Part shown: positions 37,017-45,547 of the stretch, in pieces
How the letters are laid out: each line of letters opens with the position of its first letter
Position numbering within the stretch: the stretch's first letter is position 1
Origin: an uncultured Ignavibacteria bacterium
Lineage (GTDB): Bacteria > Zixibacteria > MSB-5A5 > RBG-16-43-9
DNA length: 64,000 nt
Direction of reading: 5' to 3'
NCBI GenBank assembly: GCA_964511075.1
Contig: CAZEDM010000004.1
Coordinates: 194,442-258,441, forward strand
Notes under the pieces: model-generated
Seen by the model: the letters and a program-made list of their open reading frames with translations, nothing else
The model's database searches: none
Told to the model about the DNA's origin: nothing
Made by a program: the position numbers and the translations under genes

Positions 37017-38813
37017 TCACGGTGATTTTATGTAATCATCCACTACCTTTGCCAGTATCTCCAGGGGCAGGCTGCCATTCTCCAGCACCCTCATGTGAAA
37101 ATCCTTGATGTCGAATTTCGAGCCCAGTTCCTTTTTGGCTTTTTCCCGAAGCTGCATAATCTTCAGTCTGCCGAGAGTGTAAGAGCAAGCCTGCCCGGGC
37201 CAGACTATGTAGCGGTCGATCTCGGCGCTGGAGGACCAGCCCAGGTTATCCTGCATATAGCTTGCCGCCTGTTCCTTGGTCCATCTCTTGTAATGAATCC
37301 CCGCATCCACAACTATGCGCACCGCGCGGAAAAGCTGGGAATTAAGCTCTGCTATGCGGGAATAGATATCCGGATGCCAGCCCGATTCCATAGCTAAGTT
37401 TTCTACATACATCGCCCATCCCTCTCCGAACCCGGATAAGAACCAGAGGTTTTTGAACATCCGGTTCTGGGTCAGCTCCTGCTGCAAGGCGATCTGGTAA
37501 TGATGCCCGGGAATGGTCTCATGGTAGGTCAGAGTGCGCATGTTCGGCTTGGGCAGCGGATACAGCATATTGACATAGAATACCGCTTTCCTTTTGCCGT
37601 CCAGGGAAGCAGGCTCATAATAGGTTAACCCGCCAGCTTCCTTGAATTCCGGAACCGGCTGAACCAGGACCTTTGTTCTGGGCAGGTAGCTGAACAGCTC
37701 CGGCAGCTTTTTCCAGGTGCTGTCGATCAAAGACTGGTAATCGCTCAGGATGACCTGGCCTCTGTCCGGGGTATCCGGGTAAAAGAACCTCTCGCGGTTC
37801 TCCGAACTATTCCACATAGCCCGGTATTCCCTGATCAGCTCCCCGTAAGTTCCATCTCCCCTGATTCCCAGCGAATCCAGAAGGATTCTGGCTTGTTCCT
37901 GCAGGGATTTTACCTCCTCCTGTCCTAACTGATAAACCTGTTCCGGAGAAAGGGAGGAGGTGGTCTGCATTTTCAGGCAGTATGCATAATATTCTTCTCC
38001 ATCCGGCAGTTTCCAGACGCCGGCTAAGCTGTCTGCTTTTGCAGAGGAGAGCTTAAGCTTCTGGATGAATTCTGCATAAGCCGGATAGATCTTCCCTTCG
38101 AGGATCTGCCGGGCTTTTTTGCATAAACCTTCGGCAGTGGCAGGGTCGATAGAGGCAAGCTTCCCTTTGAAATCGAGATAGAGAAGATTCGAGTCCGGCT
38201 GAGCTTGAAGGAAATCATTCATCTGGAATTTAACCCGCTCGATTATGAAGACGGGCGGGTATATTCCTTTTTTCTCCTGGGAGTCGATTCTACTCAGGAT
38301 CTGTTTAAGCCTCAGGGGATATTTTTCCAGGCGCTTTAAATAATCGTTTGCATCCTGCAGCCCATCGATGGTGTGGTATCCGGTGAGAAGGTTGGTTATC
38401 TGGCTGTGCACCCCGAACAGGTGGTCGATATAATAGCGATGGTCGACATATTTCTCCCCCTCCAGCTGAACTCCCAGCAGCCACTCCAGTATGGCGGCAT
38501 CGATTCCCTGCGAGGAAGTGATTTTAGCCTTGTCGATCTTCGCCAGGCTGTTCAGATATTTTCTTGCCAGGTCGTAATTAGCCTTTATCCCCGCATCCGA
38601 GAGATCGTTCAGTCCGTCCCGGTTATAATCATACCCGCTTTCCCGCGGCAAGCCCAGCTGGGAGGCCTCTTCCGGATTGAGCCTGATGAACTCCCTGAAA
38701 TAATCGTCAAAGACCTTCTCGATTTTAGCTGAATCCGGATTTACGAAGGGCTGGCATGATACTAAACTAAAAAGAGCTAACCAAACCGAAATTGCTAAGA
38801 TTACCTGTTTCAT
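37017..38813 (-). CDS. DUF885 family secreted protein
   Basis: Signal peptide present. The C-terminal region has TYHETIPGHHYQ and GFGEGWAMYVE, characteristic of DUF885. Confidence 0.75.
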   Translation of the reverse strand: MKQVILAISVWLALFSLVSCQPFVNPDSAKIEKVFDDYFREFIRLNPEEASQLGLPRESGYDYNRDGLNDLSDAGIKANYDLARKYLNSLAKIDKAKITSSQGIDAAILEWLLGVQLEGEKYVDHRYYIDHLFGVHSQITNLLTGYHTIDGLQDANDYLKRLEKYPLRLKQILSRIDSQEKKGIYPPVFIIERVKFQMNDFLQAQPDSNLLYLDFKGKLASIDPATAEGLCKKARQILEGKIYPAYAEFIQKLKLSSAKADSLAGVWKLPDGEEYYAYCLKMQTTSSLSPEQVYQLGQEEVKSLQEQARILLDSLGIRGDGTYGELIREYRAMWNSSENRERFFYPDTPDRGQVILSDYQSLIDSTWKKLPELFSYLPRTKVLVQPVPEFKEAGGLTYYEPASLDGKRKAVFYVNMLYPLPKPNMRTLTYHETIPGHHYQIALQQELTQNRMFKNLWFLSGFGEGWAMYVENLAMESGWHPDIYSRIAELNSQLFRAVRIVVDAGIHYKRWTKEQAASYMQDNLGWSSSAEIDRYIVWPGQACSYTLGRLKIMQLREKAKKELGSKFDIKDFHMRVLENGSLPLEILAKVVDDYIKSP

Positions 38814-38978
38814 AATCGCTCCTTTGCTTATATGTCATTCAAATCTGAGTTTGTCACAATAGGGTTTGTACTCTAAAATCTCGATACTGAATTATTATGA
38901 AGCATCACTTTAAACGACGAGGTTAATATTATATATTGCAAATAATTACATTGTAGTAACGACAAGGGGGGTTACCTG

Positions 38979-39030
38979 AAATTGCCCAAACAAATCAATC
39001 GTCGGGTGTCTTGCTCACCCAGAGCTATTT
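38979..39030 (+). repeat. Left copy of a ~50-bp direct repeat bracketing the vsr-dcm-GHKL-REC block
   Basis: AAATTGCCCAAACAAATCAATCGTCGGGTGTCTTGCTCACCCAGAGCTA. By hand alignment, about 39 of 49 positions are identical to 44226-44277. Confidence 0.6.
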
Positions 39031-39068
39031 CTCTGTCTCAAAACGATACTGCATCTAACATATTTTAT

Positions 39069-40349
39069 TTATCCCTTATCAATCGGCCAATAAACAGAAA
39101 CCACGCCTGGCCGATTAACATGTCTTGATATATATGACTGGATATCAACGAGTAATTCATGTCTGATTCTACCCAGAAGTTTTTTGCTGGATTTTTTTGT
39201 ATTAAGCGGTAAAGTTGTCAGACATCTGATATCAAAAACTAACCTGTATTTTTTATTTTTAATATTAACCAAAGGCGATATATAAAGATAGTCGGTCTTT
39301 CTCTTTATTTTTTTTGAATACTCTGAAGGCCACATAAGTCCTGGCATGAACCTGTAAACACGCATTTTTTTACAGGTGTAATCGCACACAGAAGAAACCT
39401 CTAGGAAAACATCTTCCACTGAATCAATCAAACCATCTTTGTCATGATATTGCCTTAAATCACCATCAAAAACGTCTTGTATCAAAGCAGGTTTTCTGTT
39501 ATTAATTCTCCCCTCATAAATATTCCCCGGTTTTATAGAATCATCATCTTCCACTTCAGCCATCAATAATCTTGAATTGATTTTTGAGACTATATCAGCA
39601 TCAGGTTTGCCTCTGATGCGGCTACTTTTGTTTTTTCCGGTATACTGAAAGTTTTTTATTGCACTTTCAAGATTGTCAATAAAAGCCATATTGAAAGTCA
39701 GAAGGGAATTTTTAGATATTTCGTTGATATTGCCTGGTTGAAGCCTTTCGCCGGCATAAGCCTTGGCAAGCTCGCGAGACACCATAAACATATTTTTGTT
39801 CCAATTCATATCTGAGGGATAAAATGATGAGAAATCATCCACTATTCCCCCTGCGGATTTATGAACAATGTTTTCCCATAAAACAAACAGATGGAATGCA
39901 CCAGCTTTGTCTAATTCATTCTTGAGACGGGATTCTATTCTGTTTAGATTGTAACCACCTCTTTTGTATTTGCATTCATTCTTACGAAGATCCAGTAAAA
40001 ACAATGGAGCATTTTTTGCTAGAGCATTTTTGATTCCTGCTTTTAGCTCTGTGTGTTTGGTCCATACAATCAAAATATATGGCCCGCTTACACCTGGACC
40101 AATTATACGATTAATAACTCCCACTGCTGTTGATACTTTGGTTTTATCGCTTTGGCCATCAGTGCCAAGTACTACATCCAAGAAAATAATACGCACTCCG
40201 GCGATAGGCTTTGTTGGTAATTCTTCTTGCTTGAGCCCCGTATAATAGAGTATCGGAATACCTTTTTTTGCCAAAACCTTCACCAATGGAAGTGCTTCAT
40301 CATCCTTATCATCAATTACTACTACTCTTCCACTTTCAGGTATATTCAT
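39069..40349 (-). CDS. Receiver (REC/CheY-like) domain protein with ~300-aa unknown C-terminal domain
   Basis: The N-terminal ~125 aa carry the receiver residue pattern: RVVVIDD (D13, D14), RIIFLD (D58), ILIVWT (T97), FLLDLRK (K123). The remainder has no motif I recognise. The start overlaps the upstream gene stop by 4 nt. Confidence 0.6.
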   Translation of the reverse strand: MNIPESGRVVVIDDKDDEALPLVKVLAKKGIPILYYTGLKQEELPTKPIAGVRIIFLDVVLGTDGQSDKTKVSTAVGVINRIIGPGVSGPYILIVWTKHTELKAGIKNALAKNAPLFLLDLRKNECKYKRGGYNLNRIESRLKNELDKAGAFHLFVLWENIVHKSAGGIVDDFSSFYPSDMNWNKNMFMVSRELAKAYAGERLQPGNINEISKNSLLTFNMAFIDNLESAIKNFQYTGKNKSSRIRGKPDADIVSKINSRLLMAEVEDDDSIKPGNIYEGRINNRKPALIQDVFDGDLRQYHDKDGLIDSVEDVFLEVSSVCDYTCKKMRVYRFMPGLMWPSEYSKKIKRKTDYLYISPLVNIKNKKYRLVFDIRCLTTLPLNTKKSSKKLLGRIRHELLVDIQSYISRHVNRPGVVSVYWPIDKG

Positions 40350-42451
40350 TTTGCCCTCTCTTTCCGAAATGCAAGAACGACGATTGCTCCGGACCTAAAT
40401 TCTTTAGGTACGGAAATTTCGCCTCTTTCAGGAAACATAATCTCTCCCCTATGTGCCTCCATCACGCTTTTTGCAATATGAAGTCCAAGCCCCATTCCAT
40501 CGGACTTGGCTGAAATAAAAGGTTTTGTAATTTCTTCCGTAGGCAGTGAGAAACCGGGGCCATTATCAGCTATTATGACAGACAAATAACCAGGAAGTTC
40601 ATCTGATAGGGAAATGAATATTTTCTTGTCCTTCATACCTCCATAATCAAGCCACCATATGGAATTATCAATAACATTTAGAATTGTTCCGATAACAAGA
40701 TTTCTTGCACATTTAAGTACAGGTTCACCCTTAAATCTGATATAATCCCTTATTATACTGATTTTGTGTGCGTTAAGTCTGAATTCAACATCAAAAATAG
40801 ATTGTTCAATAAGCTTTTTCATATCCTCTGATTTCCTGCCAGTGCTCCGGATAATAACACTATATCCTTCAACCAGTTGTGCAAGATGTTTAACTAAAGC
40901 AACAATCCTCGCTGATGGTTTTTCCTTCTCAATAACCTTGACAAGTTCCTCTATTATTTTTTCAGCTTCATGAATCACAACCCCAAGATTCAATCCTGCT
41001 CCAGCACTTTTCAAAAGCGTTTCATTGATAAACCTGTAATCATCTTCTATTCGCTTTAGATAAACAGAAATATCATCCTTTAATTTTATATCTTTGATTT
41101 TTGTCTCAACAAGATTTTTCAAATCAGCCAAATCAGAAATTACCGGCTCTGAGGCAGGCGTAGGCCCATAAAATGTCCTGATTTTATCCTTGTCTATTTC
41201 CCTGAATGTTTCTACCTTATCCAGAACATAAAGAATCGAGGCCTTGAAGACATTGAAAGCCTCATTATCAATGAACCCTTCCCTGTTAGTCTTCTCAATT
41301 AAATCCCTACTTTCCTTTCTCGAGAGATGAATAGCGCCTAGTATTATATTGTTGCTTATCCTTTTTGTAGGGACATTTACTCTCCGTAAGCCCAAATTAA
41401 GCCAGTCATTGCCCGGTTCACCGTAGTCATAAACCCTGATTCCATCTCTGTATATTCTTATTCCTCCGTTGATATCAAGATATTCCTTAAGCCCCTTTTT
41501 ATCTTGTACCCCCAAAGACAGTATCTTTGCATCTCTGTCAAAAATCAAAGCCTCAAATATAATCTTTCCTATCCGGGCTACAGACAGATCGATCGGCAAA
41601 TTATCCTTATCAACCATCTTTCTTATTTTTTTGATTTCAATGTCGTGTTCGGTAACCTGTCTGTGATGCAGCTTTCTCATAGTTGGCCAAGGCATGAACT
41701 TATATCTAAACTTTTCAATAAGATGTCCTTCAATTTCGCATTCAATCTTAAATAATGCATAATCCTTTATCTGCTGCCAAGACAATAATCCCTCAAGCCA
41801 TTCCTTCTTGTCTGTCTCAAAATTCACCCTGAAAGAATCTGGGGCATCAAAAGGAGAACAAAGAGAATTTATTGAACGATAGACTTCTCTTATCATGGCT
41901 TTATTCCACGTACCCTTCAATTTACTTATGATTATCTTAGTTCCACTTTTGTTGCCAGTAAAAACATCTGGAGTTCTCTCGGTTATCCTGACGGGAATTT
42001 CATCAAGATATTTTGACTCCTTGAAAATGTCCCAGTTAATTTTTATAACAATCTCTCTGCCGTGTTCTTTCCTAGTTATCATTTCAATTTCATTACCGAG
42101 TTTGTAAACGCTGAATCTTCCTATACCTTTTTCTCCTAAAGGAAGTCGCTTAAATTCTTTCCTCTTACTATCTCCCTCAAGAAGCTTCTCCTTGTAATCA
42201 CTTGCCGGTTCCATCCATACATTCTTTATTATCTCTAGATCCATACCCTTGCCATTATCTTCAACAGTAATAACACCTTTAACGCTATTATCAAGATTCT
42301 TCATTGATATATTGACATAGGCGGCATCAGCATCATAGGAATTCTTAACAAGCTCAAGCAAAGCTATACTCTCATTTTTTATCAGTTGATCACCAAGTTG
42401 TAATAGTAATCTTGCCCGAGGCTTAAAAATCACTTTATCCATGTCCGGCAT
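40346..42451 (-). CDS. Double GHKL ATPase: N-terminal MORC/MutL-like HATPase_c_3 plus C-terminal histidine-kinase-like DHp/CA core
   Basis: N-terminal Bergerat motifs ELVKNSYDA, DNGKGMD, GEKGIGRFS. C-terminal candidate H-box GVVIHEAEKII (H494), N-box ILNVIDNSIWW, G1 ADNGPGF, G2 DGMGLGLHIAKSVM. Confidence 0.7.
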   Translation of the reverse strand: MPDMDKVIFKPRARLLLQLGDQLIKNESIALLELVKNSYDADAAYVNISMKNLDNSVKGVITVEDNGKGMDLEIIKNVWMEPASDYKEKLLEGDSKRKEFKRLPLGEKGIGRFSVYKLGNEIEMITRKEHGREIVIKINWDIFKESKYLDEIPVRITERTPDVFTGNKSGTKIIISKLKGTWNKAMIREVYRSINSLCSPFDAPDSFRVNFETDKKEWLEGLLSWQQIKDYALFKIECEIEGHLIEKFRYKFMPWPTMRKLHHRQVTEHDIEIKKIRKMVDKDNLPIDLSVARIGKIIFEALIFDRDAKILSLGVQDKKGLKEYLDINGGIRIYRDGIRVYDYGEPGNDWLNLGLRRVNVPTKRISNNIILGAIHLSRKESRDLIEKTNREGFIDNEAFNVFKASILYVLDKVETFREIDKDKIRTFYGPTPASEPVISDLADLKNLVETKIKDIKLKDDISVYLKRIEDDYRFINETLLKSAGAGLNLGVVIHEAEKIIEELVKVIEKEKPSARIVALVKHLAQLVEGYSVIIRSTGRKSEDMKKLIEQSIFDVEFRLNAHKISIIRDYIRFKGEPVLKCARNLVIGTILNVIDNSIWWLDYGGMKDKKIFISLSDELPGYLSVIIADNGPGFSLPTEEITKPFISAKSDGMGLGLHIAKSVMEAHRGEIMFPERGEISVPKEFRSGAIVVLAFRKERAK

Positions 42452-43784
42452 TTTTTACCTCCCTGAATGTATCATAAACTGATTCCGCTATTTTCCTTGC
42501 AAGGAGTGGTGGCACTGCATTTCCTATCTGCCTGAAGATTTTGTTGTAAGGGCCCGCAAACCCTTCATGGTCAGGATACCAGTCAGGGAATGACTGGATT
42601 CTTGCAGCCTCCCTCACTGTGATTGTTCTTGCCTGACTACTGTCAGGATGAATGAACCTGTTGCCATCCTTCTGAAGATGTGCGAAAATAGTTGAACACG
42701 CCTTTCCCCAGCTCTGCTTCTTGTATTTGTCCTTGAAGCTGGACATATCATATTTTATCAACCTTCTGAGTCTTCTTATATTTTTGCTGTTGCTCTCAAA
42801 AATATCCTTTGCTCTCATCCCCTGCTTCATTCCCCTGAAAAGCAGAATATCATCCCTTTTCTGCCCTCTTGCAATATGATGAGTGAGAACAGTCTGGCCG
42901 TTCAGCTTAATAAAATCAAGAAAAGTCTTCCCTTTCTCCGTAAGAGAATTGTAGTGCGTGAGGAATAAATCATTATGATATGTAATTGAATCCTTGCCGG
43001 AAAATACCCTCTTGTTGTATCTTTCAATTTTCACTTTTTGATTATCTGTATTTATATCTGTAAACGTGATTTTTGCCTTCAGTTTGGGCAGGTCACCAAT
43101 CGCCTCGAATAGTGTAACATACTCTGAAGTATTGTGTGTTGGCAGTGGATACGGATTCTTTATTCCAAGGTTGTTCCCGATTAGAAACACTCTTTCTCTT
43201 GTCTGGGGAACACCATAATCAGCAGCATTAAGTATCATATAATCCGTTTTAATATCTTCATTTTCACTCTCAAAGGAATAACCAAGAGCTTTGAAGTAAG
43301 AAATGATTATATCAATGTACGTCCTGCCCTTGCTGTCCTTCTTGGAAAGTATCCCCTTGACATTTTCAAAAACAATAAATGAAGGTTTCAGCTCTTTAAC
43401 AAGAGAAATATACTCCTCATAGAGCCTGTCCATAATTCTATACTTACGGGGATTTCCTTTCTTTCCGTTTCCTGACCTCGGTCCTATCAGCGAGAAAGAC
43501 TGACAAGGCGGGCCACCGATTATAATATCCACCCCTTCCCTGCATCTTTTTACTATCTCATTGTGTATTTCCGGCTTGGTCAGATCAGCCTGAAGTACAA
43601 TTTCTTCATTCCCATATTCTTTTGAAAAATGTTTTCTAAGAGTCTGACAGGAATACCTTTCATTATCTACTGCAAGAACGACCTCAAATACCTTTCTGCT
43701 TCCGCCATCTCTAACAAGATCAAAGCCCAGTGAAAAACCACCAGCGCCTGCAAATAAATCCAGAACCTTTAGCTTATCTTTCAT
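42435..43784 (-). CDS. dcm: DNA (cytosine-5) methyltransferase
   Basis: Motif I LDLFAGAGGFSLGF, motif IV GGPPCQSFS, motif VI FENVKG, motif VIII QTRERVF, motif X GNAVPPLL. Confidence 0.92.
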   Translation of the reverse strand: MKDKLKVLDLFAGAGGFSLGFDLVRDGGSRKVFEVVLAVDNERYSCQTLRKHFSKEYGNEEIVLQADLTKPEIHNEIVKRCREGVDIIIGGPPCQSFSLIGPRSGNGKKGNPRKYRIMDRLYEEYISLVKELKPSFIVFENVKGILSKKDSKGRTYIDIIISYFKALGYSFESENEDIKTDYMILNAADYGVPQTRERVFLIGNNLGIKNPYPLPTHNTSEYVTLFEAIGDLPKLKAKITFTDINTDNQKVKIERYNKRVFSGKDSITYHNDLFLTHYNSLTEKGKTFLDFIKLNGQTVLTHHIARGQKRDDILLFRGMKQGMRAKDIFESNSKNIRRLRRLIKYDMSSFKDKYKKQSWGKACSTIFAHLQKDGNRFIHPDSSQARTITVREAARIQSFPDWYPDHEGFAGPYNKIFRQIGNAVPPLLARKIAESVYDTFREVKNAGHG

Positions 43785-44179
43785 ATCTTATCAATGATTT
43801 TCCGTTTGATTATTTTTTCATTTCTCATCTCATGCTCCCAGATTCTCAAAACTTTCCACCCTTTCTTCATGAGTTCCCTGTTTACAACTTTATCTCTTTT
43901 TACATTTGACTCTATCTTCTCTTTCCAGAATTTTATATTAGTTCTGGGTTTTATAAAACATCTGGGGCATTTATGCCAGAAACAACCATCAATGAATATC
44001 GCAATTTTCTTCCGGGGGAAAACTATATCAGGCTTTCCTGTGAGTTTATAATGAAGCCTGTATCCCTTCAGTTCGGAAGCAGATAACATTTTTCTCAGCC
44101 TGATTTCGGGCTGTGTGTTACTAGCCCTTATCATCGACATATTATAGCTGCGCTGTTTTTTTGTAAGAACATCGGTCAT
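43781..44179 (-). CDS. vsr: Very-short-patch repair endonuclease
   Basis: RSYNMSMIRASNTQPEIRLRKML...GKPDIVFPRKKIAIFIDGCFWHKCP. GGAGA RBS upstream. The stop overlaps the dcm start by 4 nt. Confidence 0.88.
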   Translation of the reverse strand: MTDVLTKKQRSYNMSMIRASNTQPEIRLRKMLSASELKGYRLHYKLTGKPDIVFPRKKIAIFIDGCFWHKCPRCFIKPRTNIKFWKEKIESNVKRDKVVNRELMKKGWKVLRIWEHEMRNEKIIKRKIIDKI

Positions 44180-44225
44180 TTACAGGTTTGTCTCCCTGGT
44201 TCACGATCGTCACACAGATCGCGGT

Positions 44226-44277
44226 AAATTGCCCGACAAACTCAATCGTCGGGTGGTTTGCGCAACCCGATCTACTC
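44226..44277 (+). repeat. Right copy of the direct repeat bracketing the defence block
   Basis: AAATTGCCCGACAAACTCAATCGTCGGGTGGTTTGCGCAACCCGATCTA. It contains a CCCGAC/GTCGGG hairpin and lies between the dnaJ stop and the vsr start. Confidence 0.6.
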
Positions 44278-44283
44278 CTATTT

Positions 44284-45450
44284 CTAAAACCCCAATGTAT
44301 TTTTTAACCTCTCAATAAAATCCTTATCCCCTTTTGGCGGCTTTATTCCGGACTTCTCCGAAAGCTCTTTTAATATTCTTTTTTCCTCAGAAGAAAGCGA
44401 AGTCGGTGTCCAGACCAGGACACGGACTATCTGGTCGCCTTTGCCATAAGAATGCAGATGGGGAATCCCTTTTCCTCTCAGCCTGAAAAGCCTGCCCGAC
44501 TGTGTGCCAGCCGGAATCTTTAATTTCACCCTGCCGTCCAGGGTTGGCACCTCTGCCTCGCTCCCTAATGCTGCCTGGGGAAAACCTATTGCCAGCTCGT
44601 AGAGCAGGTCGTCATCGTGTCTGGTAAAGTCCGGGTGCTCCTGCTCCTCGATGAAAACCAGCACGTCACCTGCAGGACCTCCCCTTTTGCCGTAATTCCC
44701 TGCACCCCGCACAGGAATATAGTTCCCGGTACTTACCCCCGGAGGCACTTTTACCGTAATGGTGCTTTCCCCTCTTGCCCTGCCGTCACCGCCGCAGGCT
44801 GAACAGGCTTTCTCGATCACCTCGCCTGAGCCGCCGCAGAGATTGCAGGTGGTAATTATAATAGACTGTCCCAAAAAAGAACGCGATACTTTTCTTGCCT
44901 CTCCTGTGCCGTGACAGGTAGGGCAGGTTCTTTTGGAAGTCCCTTTTTCTGCTCCGCTTCCCTCGCAGTCCGAACACCTGACCAGCCTCTTGAGCTTGAT
45001 CGTCTTCTCGACGCCCGTGGCAATCTCTTCCAGGGTCAGTTTAAGCTTGATCTGCAGATCCTCGCCCTTAACGGGTCCGCGCCTGGACCTGGAGGTTCTT
45101 CTTCCCCCGAAGATGTCTAAATCCTCGAACCCGAATGCCCCGAAATCCCGCATGAAAGTTCTCAGGGCATCCCCGATATCGAAACTCCCGAAATCAAAAC
45201 CCTCAAAGCCTGTTCCGGCTCCCACACCAACCCCTACATGCCCGAACTGGTCGTACCTTTTTCTTTTAGCCGGGTCTTTCAATACTTCATACGCCTCGGT
45301 TGCCTCCTTGAACTTCTCCTCAGCCTCCTTGTTCCCCGGGTTCCTGTCCGGATGGTATTGCAGAGCTAACTTCCGGTAAGCCTTTTTTACGTCCTCTTCG
45401 CTGGCACCTCTTTCCAGTCCCAGGACCTCGTAATAATCTCTTTTAGCCAT
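44284..45450 (-). CDS. dnaJ: Chaperone DnaJ
   Basis: J-domain [33 protein letters not shown], a G/F region, and four CxxCxGxG zinc-finger repeats. Confidence 0.93.
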   Translation of the reverse strand: MAKRDYYEVLGLERGASEEDVKKAYRKLALQYHPDRNPGNKEAEEKFKEATEAYEVLKDPAKRKRYDQFGHVGVGVGAGTGFEGFDFGSFDIGDALRTFMRDFGAFGFEDLDIFGGRRTSRSRRGPVKGEDLQIKLKLTLEEIATGVEKTIKLKRLVRCSDCEGSGAEKGTSKRTCPTCHGTGEARKVSRSFLGQSIIITTCNLCGGSGEVIEKACSACGGDGRARGESTITVKVPPGVSTGNYIPVRGAGNYGKRGGPAGDVLVFIEEQEHPDFTRHDDDLLYELAIGFPQAALGSEAEVPTLDGRVKLKIPAGTQSGRLFRLRGKGIPHLHSYGKGDQIVRVLVWTPTSLSSEEKRILKELSEKSGIKPPKGDKDFIERLKNTLGF

Positions 45451-45547
45451 ATCTTGAAAATCTGTTTTTATCTTTTTACGAATTCGGCTAATTAAAAGTA
45501 AATATATACATTTAATCTGTCAACTGTCAACCCTTAAGGTTCCAAAT

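Larger units (their letters stand above)
39031..44225. mobile_element. Putative inserted defence/restriction-modification islet (no integrase seen)
   Basis: A 5.2-kb AT-rich four-gene operon bracketed by imperfect ~50-bp direct repeats. It sits in the dnaJ / DUF885 intergenic region. Confidence 0.5.
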
